Positions 1 through 7,075 of a DNA stretch of 64,000 nt are shown one piece after another. The notes below the pieces were generated by a model. It made no database searches and had not been told where the DNA came from. It saw nothing but the letters and a program-made list of their open reading frames with translations. The stretch is from a virus. Numbering within the stretch: the stretch's first letter is position 1; each line of letters begins with the position of its first letter. Position numbers and translations under genes: made by a program. The stretch is taken from positions 101,485 through 165,484 of IMG/VR virus record IMGVR_UViG_3300036766_001793. One strand, given 5' to 3'.

Positions 1-232
1 CCGCACGCCGGCTCGCCGCCGGCCTCACCGCTTTCGAGGCGGCGTACCACTCCCTTGGGGCCTTCCGTTACTCCGCCCTGAACTCCCTGAGGTCCGCCTG
101 CCTCAAGACCCGGCGACCGCTCCTGCGCGCCAGCTTCTTGTCCGCCCTGCTGTTTTCGAAGCACTTCCAAAAGATGCACCCGGCGTGCTTCGCGGAGACC
201 TTCTTGTAGACGTCCTGCACGCGCCCATCCTA

Positions 233-322
233 TGGAGGAAGGGAGGGGAGTCGAACCCCCACGCCCCTCTCGGGGCAACCCGCTCTCAAGGCGGGCGCCG
301 CCACCGTTCGGCTGGCCCTTCC
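233..322 (-). tRNA. tRNA-Ser(TGA)
   Basis: Cloverleaf on the reverse complement; anticodon loop CTTGAGA, long variable arm, GGTTCGA T-loop, encoded CCA. Confidence 0.93.
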
Positions 323-323
323 G

Positions 324-722
324 CTAGCCCCAGATGCTGGTGCGCCTCGGCATGTGCGGGCGTCCCGCCAGCTTCGTCCGGTCGAAGACGGGGAACACGA
401 GCAACGGGCGCTCCGACTGTGCCATCCCGTCCAGGAAGTACGCCTTCCAGATGTCGCCGCCGTCCTCGCCCAACCCGGTGAGTGTGATGAGCACCCCGGG
501 GAGCTTGGCGGAGGCGGCGATCATGTCCTCCTCCCACTGGTACCACTTCAACTCGCTGGACGACCACCCGTCCCGGTCGAAGATCTCCTCCCCGAGGGCG
601 GCGTGCAGTGCCTCAATGTAGTCGGCCCTCGGCGCCTGCAACGGGAGGAGCGACGTGTGCCCGTCGAGCTCTTGGTCCGTGAGCGGCCTCAGCTCCACCC
701 TGAACTGCGTGTGATAGCCCAT
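324..722 (-). CDS. Conserved phage hypothetical protein (MGYHTQF...KWY...GEDGGDIWK)
   Basis: ORF fills the gap between two tRNAs; AGGAG RBS before ATG at 722. Confidence 0.75.
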   Translation of the reverse strand: MGYHTQFRVELRPLTDQELDGHTSLLPLQAPRADYIEALHAALGEEIFDRDGWSSSELKWYQWEEDMIAASAKLPGVLITLTGLGEDGGDIWKAYFLDGMAQSERPLLVFPVFDRTKLAGRPHMPRRTSIWG

Positions 723-736
723 AGCTCGTCTCCTTG

Positions 737-829
737 TGGAGGAAGGTAAGGGGTTCGAACCCTTGGGCCGCGCAAACCGCGACCACGCGCTTTCCAAGCG
801 CGCCCGATAATCCCCTCCGGCAACCTTCC
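737..829 (-). tRNA. tRNA-Ser(GGA)
   Basis: Anticodon loop TTGGAAA, long variable arm, CCA end. Confidence 0.93.
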
Positions 830-830
830 A

Positions 831-1049
831 TCAGCGGCGGATCACGTGCCCGAAGTGCCAGTACCCGCACCCGTGCAGGTAGGCGGCCATCCCCGGGTTC
901 TCGAAGACGGCCATGGCCGCCTCAGCGTCCTCTCGGACGTAGTAGCACCTCTTGTTGGCCTGGTCGCAGAGTATCCGACCGCCCTTGGCCACGTAGGCCT
1001 TGGGCTCGTCGTTGATCCTACCGGGCCTGAGGTAGAACTCGATAGACAT
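831..1049 (-). CDS. Small hypothetical protein with Cys/His motif (C...HGCGYWH)
   Basis: ORF between tRNAs; TACCAT box 6 nt upstream of ATG. Confidence 0.7.
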   Translation of the reverse strand: MSIEFYLRPGRINDEPKAYVAKGGRILCDQANKRCYYVREDAEAAMAVFENPGMAAYLHGCGYWHFGHVIRR

Positions 1050-1070
1050 GCGGACATGGTACCGAGATGC

Positions 1071-1145
1071 TGGTGGATCTGGCGAGAGTCGAACTCGCAT
1101 TCCCTCGTTGCGACGGAGGTGTTCTCCCATTGCCACTACAGACCC
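1071..1145 (-). tRNA. tRNA-Ala(CGC)
   Basis: G3:U70 pair, A73, loop GTCGCAA, CCA end; one mismatch in the anticodon stem. Confidence 0.85.
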
Positions 1146-1378
1146 AACTTGGAGGCTCTCCACTTCCTCATGGAGAGTTTGTGGCACTCGCGGCACTTGC
1201 GCTTCTCCACCCGACCATCAGCTGGACTGGCCTGCGTCTGGCGGTGCGCTCCGCGTGTAAGGCGGCCGCCTTCGCATTCCCCCAAACTCGAGAACCAGGT
1301 CGCAGTGATCAATCCGCGCCTGGTTGCTTCTGCGAGCGGTTTTGTGCCCTGGCAACGCCCCGAGGGACGTTTGGCCAT
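1136..1378 (-). CDS. Small hypothetical or degenerate Zn-finger ORF (KCRECHK)
   Basis: AGGAG upstream; CxxC near the C-terminus; overlaps tRNA-Ala by 10 nt. Confidence 0.35.
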   Translation of the reverse strand: MAKRPSGRCQGTKPLAEATRRGLITATWFSSLGECEGGRLTRGAHRQTQASPADGRVEKRKCRECHKLSMRKWRASKLGL

Positions 1379-1399
1379 GCAGTTTCCACCGTTCTCCTA

Positions 1400-1475
1400 T
1401 GGTCCCTCGTACCGGAGTCGAACCGGTCGTCTCCTACTCGACAGGCAGGCATGTTGGCCGATACACCAACGAGGG
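1400..1475 (-). tRNA. tRNA-Asp(GTC)
   Basis: Loop CTGTCGA, canonical T-arm, CCA end. Confidence 0.9.
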
Positions 1476-1480
1476 GTGTC

Positions 1481-1621
1481 CCGACGCCCTGCGGGGGCTT
1501 CCCCGCACTCCCCGGCCCGGCGGCCATCCCTTCGCGGGGGCGTTGCGATGCGCCGCTGGCTCGGCTAAGTCCCGGGCTGCGCCCTGGTATCCGGCGGCGG
1601 CCCCTTAGTCCGGGGCGTCGG
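1481..1621 (-). ncRNA. Putative structured ncRNA (~140 nt)
   Basis: 9-bp closing stem CCGACGCCC/GGGCGTCGG enclosing hairpins; sits exactly between two tRNAs. Confidence 0.5.
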
Positions 1622-2429
1622 TGCTGTGGTGCCGGCAGAGGGATTCGAACCCCCAATGCGCGGACGCGCCTGCTCTACAGGCAGGTGCCCTTCCTACTGG
1701 GCGTCGCCGGCGTGCTGCCCCACGATGGGGTTGCCCTGGCGGAACTCCGAGAAGGACCTGGCCCTCCCGTCGCCCCCTGGCCCCGAAGAGCTCGAGCGGC
1801 GCGAGGCCGGCGGCCGGCCTCGATGCGGCGCTGAGCCTCTGGTCCACCACCTGGCGTCCCCTGAGGTTGCTGTAGCTGGTCAGCAGGATCTCGCCCCCGG
1901 CGACGTGGGCCCTCTTGTTGCTCCTGGCCTCGCCCCGCCACTGGGAGGCCGCCCTGGCGTCCCTCGGGTCGAGGAACAGGGTCGCGTCGCTCCACGGGCC
2001 GCCGTCCCTGGAGGACCGGCCGTCCTTGAAGGAGTACGACCCGCCCATCTTGGTCCTGAAGCCTGTCTCGCCACGCTGCAGGCGGCCAGGCTCCTGCGTC
2101 GCGCTTGGCCCGCCGCTGGGCGGCCCAGGGCTCCTGTGGGCGGCGGCCGAGCCACTGGGCAGCTGGTCGGGCCGGGCCGCCTCCGGTTTCGGCCGCCCCT
2201 GGCCGAACCGCTCACCGCGTTCCCCGTACCGTTTCGCCCACTCCTGCCTGGCCCGCTCGCCTATCGCCCTGCCTGGGTGGCCCCCTGCCGGGGCCTCGTA
2301 GTACCGCCCGCCCCTCGGGCCGACCTTGACGTCGGCGCCTGCCGGGGCTCTGCCCCTCCTGCCGAGGTGCACGCGGTTGACCTCGCCGGAGAGCGCGATG
2401 ACTGAGTCCAGGGTGGAGGCGAGGTCCAT
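1605..2429 (-). CDS. GPRGG-motif protein 1 (3' end uncertain, possible frameshift)
   Basis: RVHLGRRGRAPAGADVKVGPRGGRYY; the ORF as read runs through tRNA-Tyr. Confidence 0.7.
   Translation of the reverse strand: MDLASTLDSVIALSGEVNRVHLGRRGRAPAGADVKVGPRGGRYYEAPAGGHPGRAIGERARQEWAKRYGERGERFGQGRPKPEAARPDQLPSGSAAAHRSPGPPSGGPSATQEPGRLQRGETGFRTKMGGSYSFKDGRSSRDGGPWSDATLFLDPRDARAASQWRGEARSNKRAHVAGGEILLTSYSNLRGRQVVDQRLSAASRPAAGLAPLELFGARGRREGQVLLGVPPGQPHRGAARRRRPVGRAPACRAGASAHWGFESLCRHHSTDAPD
1627..1711 (-). tRNA. tRNA-Tyr(GTA)
   Basis: Loop CTGTAGA, variable arm, CCA end. Confidence 0.92.
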
Positions 2430-2476
2430 CCGCATACCATACCGCCGGCACCAACGGAATGGTACCCTTGTGCTGC

Positions 2477-2550
2477 TGGCTCCGGCGCAGGGAGTCGAAC
2501 CCCGATGAACAGGTTAACAGCCTGTCGTCTTACCCTTGGACGACGCCGGA
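2477..2550 (-). tRNA. tRNA-Asn(GTT)
   Basis: Loop CTGTTAA, CCA end. Confidence 0.93.
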
Positions 2551-2570
2551 ATGCATAGCTGACGCTGCTT

Positions 2571-2638
2571 TGACGCGGGCCGTCCGTCTCGAGCGGACGC
2601 CTCCCCGAGGGGGTGTGCTGTCTTTACACCAGGCCTGC
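2571..2638 (-). ncRNA. tRNA-like RNA with a stunted anticodon arm
   Basis: Acceptor-like stem, D-arm GTGT/GCAC, T-arm GTCCG-CTCGAGA-CGGAC; anticodon arm only CCCC-CTC-GGGG; ends TCA. Confidence 0.6.
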
Positions 2639-2641
2639 GCT

Positions 2642-2714
2642 TGGAACCCGCCGGCCGAGTCCAACGGCCACCTCCGGCCCCGCGGCCGGTGCGCTGACGC
2701 TACGCCAGACGGGT
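2642..2714 (-). ncRNA. tRNA-like RNA or pseudo-tRNA with a 6-nt anticodon loop
   Basis: Full cloverleaf with CCA; loop CGCGGG has no U33; T-loop TTGGACT. Confidence 0.7.
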
Positions 2715-2719
2715 TGCTT

Positions 2720-2805
2720 TGGTCGAAGAGGAGGGGGTCGAACCCTCACGCCCTTCCGGGCACAGGCCTCTCATGCCTGCGCGTATGCCGTTTCGCCACT
2801 CTCCG
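2720..2805 (-). tRNA. tRNA-Leu(GAG)
   Basis: Loop ATGAGAG, long variable arm, A73, CCA. Confidence 0.9.
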
Positions 2806-3015
2806 GTTCTTGTGGGGGCGCGCTGAGCTCCAGTTGCTTTACGCCAGCGGCCCTGTGGGGCCTGTACCTCCCCCTGCTTGGCTATGCCCGGGAGCCGTCC
2901 TCCGACCCGGTGGTCGCCGGGCGCGGCGGGCCCTTGGGCCCAGACGGCCCCTGCGGGGACGCCTGGGTCTGCGGCTCCGGGGCCTTCGGTCTCTCGAGCA
3001 CCTGCGTCTGGGCCG

Positions 3016-3273
3016 TCATGCGGTCGCCGGCTTGGGCACGTTTCCGTACCAGCGCTCTATGACCTCCAGCGGGCGCCAGGCCTCTGCCGGGCACTCGGAG
3101 AACCCTTCCTGGGCCCGCCCGGTGAAGTTCACCCTCCGCTCGAGGCGGGCCGCCTGGAGCTCGGGGTACCTGTCGCAGTATTCGCAGGCCGCCGGCGCGT
3201 GGAGGACCTGCGCGTCGCAGTGCGGGAACGGCGCGTCGGAGTCGAACCCGTCGCGCTCCCTGGTGAATCTCAT
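3016..3273 (-). CDS. Phage hypothetical metal-binding protein (FPHCD...LHAP..CEYCD)
   Basis: AGGAG RBS; Cys/His motif. Confidence 0.75.
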   Translation of the reverse strand: MRFTRERDGFDSDAPFPHCDAQVLHAPAACEYCDRYPELQAARLERRVNFTGRAQEGFSECPAEAWRPLEVIERWYGNVPKPATA

Positions 3274-3294
3274 CTCGTGTTCTCCTACTCTTCT

Positions 3295-3369
3295 TGGTAC
3301 CTCCGGCGGGATTCGAACCTGCACTTCCTGGATTAAAAGTCCAGTACGCTGCCATTACGTCACAGAGGC
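3295..3369 (-). tRNA. tRNA-Lys(TTT)
   Basis: Loop CTTTTAA, CCA. Confidence 0.93.
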
Positions 3370-3382
3370 ACCTTACACATTC

Positions 3383-3458
3383 TGGAGCGGCCGGCGGGGC
3401 TCGAACCCGCGGTCTCCGCCTTGGCGAGGCGGCGCGCTGCCAGCTGCGCCACGGCCGC
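3383..3458 (-). tRNA. tRNA-Gly(GCC)
   Basis: Loop TCGCCAA (C33), U73, CCA. Confidence 0.9.
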
Positions 3459-3598
3459 GAAGGGGGGGCGCATTGCGCCCCCGGTGGAATCCTACTCCGG
3501 GGACTGGCCCCGTTTCAGATTCGCTATTGCGGGGGACCGCCTGCCCCTTCCCCACGCACTCCGGCCCCCTCACCTGCGGGGCCGGCCCCGGACTTCCT
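3459..3598 (-). ncRNA. Putative structured ncRNA (~140 nt)
   Basis: Several GC hairpins, no credible ORF, between tRNAs. Confidence 0.4.
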
Positions 3599-3675
3599 TG
3601 GTCAGTGAGGAGGGAGTCGAACCCACGGCCTCTTCGTCCCGAACGAAGCGCTCTGCCAGACTGAGCTACACACTG
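3599..3675 (-). tRNA. tRNA-Pro(CGG)
   Basis: Loop TTCGGGA, CCA. Confidence 0.92.
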
Positions 3676-3679
3676 ACAT

Positions 3680-4030
3680 TCTAGGCCGCCACGCGGCTGG
3701 TCACCAATTTTGGTTCGGCCCTCGCCAGGCCCAGCGGCGGTCAAGCCTCTGGCTCTCCCCGGGTCGGGCCTCCCCTCAACGACTGTCGACCGTCCGACCC
3801 GGCCCGGTGACTAGCCGACACCTGGTCCTGACAGCCTCACGTAGCCTAATCGGCAACGCCCGCTTCCCGCGCGCCGGTATGCCCTCTCGCTGGCCTCCGC
3901 CTGGCTGAGGCGCGCGATCGGTCTTGGGAGGGGGCCGACCGCGCCGCGGCGGTCAACCCGCGAGGGCCGGCCCCCTCCCTCGGGGGCGGTGACTGGCCGC
4001 CGTCCTCTCATCAGTCCGATCCTAATACAA
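3680..4030 (-). ncRNA. Putative large structured ncRNA(s) (~350 nt)
   Basis: Long helices (CGGCTAGTCACC/GGTGACCAGCCG; CCGGGTCGG/CCGACCCGG); motifs shared with other spacers; no credible ORF. Confidence 0.55.
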
Positions 4031-4034
4031 CCTT

Positions 4035-4108
4035 TGGTCAGGGAGGAGGGGGACGATCCCTCTCCACGCGGTCCCAAACCGCGAATGCAGCCCCTACACC
4101 ACTCCCTG
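4035..4108 (-). tRNA. tRNA-Pro(TGG), atypical T-loop
   Basis: Loop TTTGGGA; T-loop ATCGTCC; CCA. Confidence 0.82.
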
Positions 4109-4109
4109 G

Positions 4110-4275
4110 TTAGCGTCGCCCAGTCCTACTCCGATATGGCCATCTCTCAAAGAGTACCGAGCTCTCGGTTGGGCCGCCCGCCAGCATCTCCCGGGGGGCG
4201 GTCGTCCCTCAGCGCCTTTCGCCCTCTCCCCGGCGTCGGTGACTGGCCGACACAGGTTACCGAGAGATCATCGCA
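4110..4275 (-). ncRNA. Putative structured ncRNA (~165 nt)
   Basis: CTCTCGGT/ACCGAGAG helix enclosing the recurrent GTCGGCCAGTCACCG motif. Confidence 0.45.
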
Positions 4276-4277
4276 AT

Positions 4278-4354
4278 TGGTCAAGCTGGCGGGGATCGAA
4301 CCCACGGCCTCGTGACCCCCAGTCACGCGCGCTGCCAAACTGCGCCACAGCCTG
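4278..4354 (-). tRNA. tRNA-Pro(GGG)
   Basis: Loop CTGGGGG, CCA. Confidence 0.92.
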
Positions 4355-4355
4355 A

Positions 4356-4526
4356 TGGCCCCGCGGCGCCAGGTTCGCCCCTGCAATCCCCCTCTTCGGG
4401 GGCCGGGGCCCTCCGGCCCTCGGGGCCGGCCTGGCGTGAAGGGAGTTACCGCCCGGCGGGGGGAGCTTGCCTTGCCACCCGCCGGGGGCCCGAGGTGGTC
4501 AGCGGACGGCAAGCCGCCCGCGGGGT
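4356..4526 (-). ncRNA. CCA-terminated non-tRNA structured RNA (~170 nt)
   Basis: 5' CCCCGCGG pairs with 3' CCGCGGGG followed by CCA; internal multi-stem domain. Confidence 0.55.
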
Positions 4527-4529
4527 TTC

Positions 4530-4603
4530 TGGGGTGCAGGACGGGATTCGAACCCGTATCAGCTGGGTCACAGCCGGCCGTTCTGCCCTTGAACTACCCG
4601 CAC
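4530..4603 (-). tRNA. tRNA-His(GTG)
   Basis: Loop CTGTGAC, C73, CCA; no encoded G-1. Confidence 0.9.
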
Positions 4604-4704
4604 ATGGGGCCCCGTTGACTGCGGGCCCATTCCGCGACCGGCACGGAGCTCACACCGGCAGCTTGGCCTGGCCCTCGCGGACGCGTAGGAGGCTCTAAGG
4701 TGGA

Positions 4705-4778
4705 TGGTGGCCTCGAGGGGACTCGAACCCCTTCCTCGTCCTTGAGAGGGACGTGTCCTGCCGTTAGACCACGAGGCC
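4705..4778 (-). tRNA. tRNA-Glu(CTC)
   Basis: Loop CTCTCAA, CCA. Confidence 0.93.
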
Positions 4779-4815
4779 GCGGCCTGAGGCCGCGCTCTCG
4801 GCCTGGCTGGGTGGG

Positions 4816-4890
4816 TGGTGGTCCCGGCGGGGGTCGAACCCGCCCCTGGCGCTTGAAAGGCGCCCGTCCTGACCGCTAGACCACGGGACC
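4816..4890 (-). tRNA. tRNA-Glu(TTC)
   Basis: Loop CTTTCAA, CCA. Confidence 0.93.
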
Positions 4891-4891
4891 G

Positions 4892-5050
4892 TGGCTGCTT
4901 GCCCCCGGGTGAGCCAGTTCTTCGCTGGCGGCCGAGTCGGTACCGGTTTTCCCCGGGCGCAGTGGCCCGCCACTATTCGCGGCGCGGCGACTGGCGGCTC
5001 GTTCGGCCCTCCGACCGGGCCTGGCCGCTACGCTGCGCGCCGCTAGGCGG
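4892..5050 (-). ncRNA. Putative structured ncRNA (~160 nt)
   Basis: Hairpin-rich; shares GAGGGCCGAAC with the 3680-4030 element. Confidence 0.45.
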
Positions 5051-5053
5051 ATG

Positions 5054-5128
5054 TGGTACCCGCGCCGGGAGTCGAACCCGGACCTCAACTTTAGGGGAGT
5101 TGCGTCCTATCCATTGGACCACGTGGGC
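5054..5128 (-). tRNA. tRNA-Arg(CCT)
   Basis: Loop CCCCTAA (C33), CCA. Confidence 0.9.
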
Positions 5129-5135
5129 ATCTGTC

Positions 5136-5282
5136 TGGCGGCGGGGATGGCGCCCCGCCGCGATCTGAAGGTTCCCGCTGAGACCAGCCCCGCGGGAAGT
5201 GACCCCCGGTGACTACTAGCCGGCGGACTATACCCCCCTGGGGCCGTCCTGAACCGCGATCGGAGGGCGCCGCGCGCCCGCC
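5136..5282 (-). ncRNA. CCA-terminated non-tRNA structured RNA (~147 nt)
   Basis: GGCGGG/CCCGCC-G-CCA acceptor-like end; GGCGCCC/GGGCGCC helix. Confidence 0.55.
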
Positions 5283-5287
5283 TTCTC

Positions 5288-5362
5288 TGGTGCCCCAGGA
5301 CGGAATCGAACCGCCTGCTCCCTCCGTGTAGAGGAGGAGCTCTTCCGGTGAGCTACTGGGGC
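5288..5362 (-). tRNA. tRNA-Val(TAC)
   Basis: Loop TCTACAC (C33), A73, CCA. Confidence 0.88.
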
Positions 5363-5422
5363 GAGTCATCCCCCAGATAGTACCGGGGGCGGATTAGGTA
5401 TTCGCGGGGCTCTCCGGCCCCT

Positions 5423-5485
5423 TGGCGGGCCGCCGGGCGGGGCGTAGCCCCGCCGCTGGCTGGTGTGAATCTGCCATAGCGACCC
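5423..5485 (-). ncRNA. Minimal CCA-terminated tRNA-like RNA (~63 nt)
   Basis: 7-bp GGGTCGC/GCGGCCC + G + CCA; GGCGGGG-CTACG-CCCCGCC hairpin; no anticodon arm. Confidence 0.5.
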
Positions 5486-5498
5486 CTTTCGGCTTGAT

Positions 5499-5573
5499 TG
5501 GCAGGAGCGGCGGGAATCGAACCCGCATCTTCAGTTTTGGAGACTGGCGCCCTAGCCTTTGGACGACGCACCT
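5499..5573 (-). tRNA. tRNA-Trp(CCA)
   Basis: Loop CTCCAAA, G73, CCA. Confidence 0.92.
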
Positions 5574-5587
5574 ACTGCCTGAATGAC

Positions 5588-5593
5588 AGGATA
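5588..5593 (-). promoter_or_regulatory. Putative -10 box (GG-TATCCT) for the tRNA array
   Basis: TAnnnT hexamer 15 nt upstream of the first tRNA; same pattern as other promoters in the window. Confidence 0.5.
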
Positions 5594-5633
5594 CCGCGCC
5601 GGCCGCGGCTTGTACACCCCGCCCGGGCGCTTT

Positions 5634-6071
5634 TCAGTGTTTCCCCAGCCGCTCGAGGAATGAGATGAAGCGCCCGTTGGTCAGGGCCCCGGGCCTCCTG
5701 GACCTCATGTACCTGATGAGCTCCGGCCCGGATCTGCCCGTCAGCTTGTGGACGGCCATCGCGTTGACGAGGGAGGACCTGTTCAGGCCGGCCGCGCAGT
5801 GGACCAGCACGCGCCCGCCGGACGACACGGCGGAGCACACCCTGGAGACCACCTCGTCGAGGTCCTCGCGGTCCGGGAGTGGCCCGTCCTCTATCTGCCA
5901 CCTGAGCTCTGTGAACGGCCCGCGGCCGCCGCCGCCGGAGAACGGTGGGTCCCCGTTGAGGTTCACCACGTAGTCTATGCCGAGGTCGAGGACCTCGCCC
6001 TCGCCCTCCCGGCCCTGGACAGACCCGGACTGCCAGAGCCTGCCGGGGATGATCTCATAGAGCTCGGTCAT
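5634..6071 (-). CDS. Dual-specificity / protein-tyrosine phosphatase family
   Basis: VLVHCAAGLNRS (HCX5R) and an IEDG acid loop. Confidence 0.92.
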   Translation of the reverse strand: MTELYEIIPGRLWQSGSVQGREGEGEVLDLGIDYVVNLNGDPPFSGGGGRGPFTELRWQIEDGPLPDREDLDEVVSRVCSAVSSGGRVLVHCAAGLNRSSLVNAMAVHKLTGRSGPELIRYMRSRRPGALTNGRFISFLERLGKH

Positions 6072-7066
6072 CCGGCCGCCCGCCGGGAGCTGACGGCCGC
6101 GACGACCGCCGCCGGGAAGACCCCCTTGGCCAGAAGGCCGCTGACGAGTATGGCCTCGTCGTGTGAGTAGCTCTTCTGCGAGAGGAGCGGGTCCACCTCG
6201 ATGTCGATCTCTTGGTCGCCGAACAGGTCCGCCATCGGGTCGCTCTTCATGGCCTCCACGATGACGTGGTCGTCCTCCGCGGTCACGTCCAGGTCAGAAG
6301 CCCCGAGGGCCCTCTCCACGAGCCTGGTCGCCTTCTCCGCCTCTCCGTCGCTCCTGCCGCGCCCGTAGACCTCGAAGCAATCGTCTCGTGCGCTGATCTC
6401 GTACCCCGCGGTGGACCTGCCGTCCGCGAGCTTCCTGGCCTGCGGGATCTTGGCGGCGGAAAGGATTTCCCTGATCCTGGCAATGGTGCTCTCGAATGGC
6501 TCCTCGACGTCCACCGTCTGGGAGGTCCTCGGGGTTGGCTTGACCTCTCTGGTGGGGTTGGAGCTGGGCTGCTCGGCGACCACCGCCATCGACCCCGCCC
6601 CGCGCTTCGCTCCGGCCTCCTGGGCGGCCTTCCCGCGGGTGGGAACCTCGAAGAACCTGCCGCCGCGTGGGCCCTCCTGGACGAACACAGACGGCGGGGC
6701 CTCCTCCCCCTCGCGCAGGTACTGGCGCTCCTTCGGGAGCGGGGACCTCTCCCCGGAATCGGTCTCTTTGACGGCGAAGTACTCCTGCTTCGTCTTCTGC
6801 CTGGTGAGTGCCGTCGGATCATGCTCCGGGCCGCCGCGGCGCCCTTGCGCCTTGGCCACGAACCTGGATACCTCCGCCGCCAGATCGACTAGGCTATTGG
6901 CATAGCTGTTGGTCATCTTGGACTCCCTATCTGACTCCTCGAAGGACTTCCCCTGGTAGCCGTGGGCGTACGCAGCCCTGGCCTGGCGCTGGGCGCCAGC
7001 CTCGCTGGGGTACACGTGTCCGTGCTCGCCCCACTTGTAGCCGCCCTTGACCTTGTGAACTGGCAC
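6068..7066 (-). CDS. GPRGG-motif protein 2 (putative virion internal protein)
   Basis: RQYLREGEEAPPSVFVQEGPRGGRFF; N-terminal MPVHKVKGGYKWG module. Confidence 0.8.
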   Translation of the reverse strand: MPVHKVKGGYKWGEHGHVYPSEAGAQRQARAAYAHGYQGKSFEESDRESKMTNSYANSLVDLAAEVSRFVAKAQGRRGGPEHDPTALTRQKTKQEYFAVKETDSGERSPLPKERQYLREGEEAPPSVFVQEGPRGGRFFEVPTRGKAAQEAGAKRGAGSMAVVAEQPSSNPTREVKPTPRTSQTVDVEEPFESTIARIREILSAAKIPQARKLADGRSTAGYEISARDDCFEVYGRGRSDGEAEKATRLVERALGASDLDVTAEDDHVIVEAMKSDPMADLFGDQEIDIEVDPLLSQKSYSHDEAILVSGLLAKGVFPAAVVAAVSSRRAAG

Positions 7067-7075
7067 CGTTCTATC

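Noticed and set aside
233-322. Selenocysteine or opal-suppressor tRNA
   Set aside because: The anticodon is TGA (reads UCA, Ser), not TCA.
4000-4020. Hammerhead ribozyme (CTGATGAG on the minus strand)
   Set aside because: No correctly placed GAAA or stems II and III found.
3459-4030. RNase P RNA, tmRNA or SRP RNA
   Set aside because: Only a partial GGAAGTCCGGG resemblance to RNase P; no matching P4 3' strand, no tmRNA termini, no SRP loop.
5288-5362. Amber suppressor tRNA (loop contains CTA)
   Set aside because: The perfect 5-bp stem centres TAC in the 7-nt loop, and TAG is used as a normal stop codon in the window.
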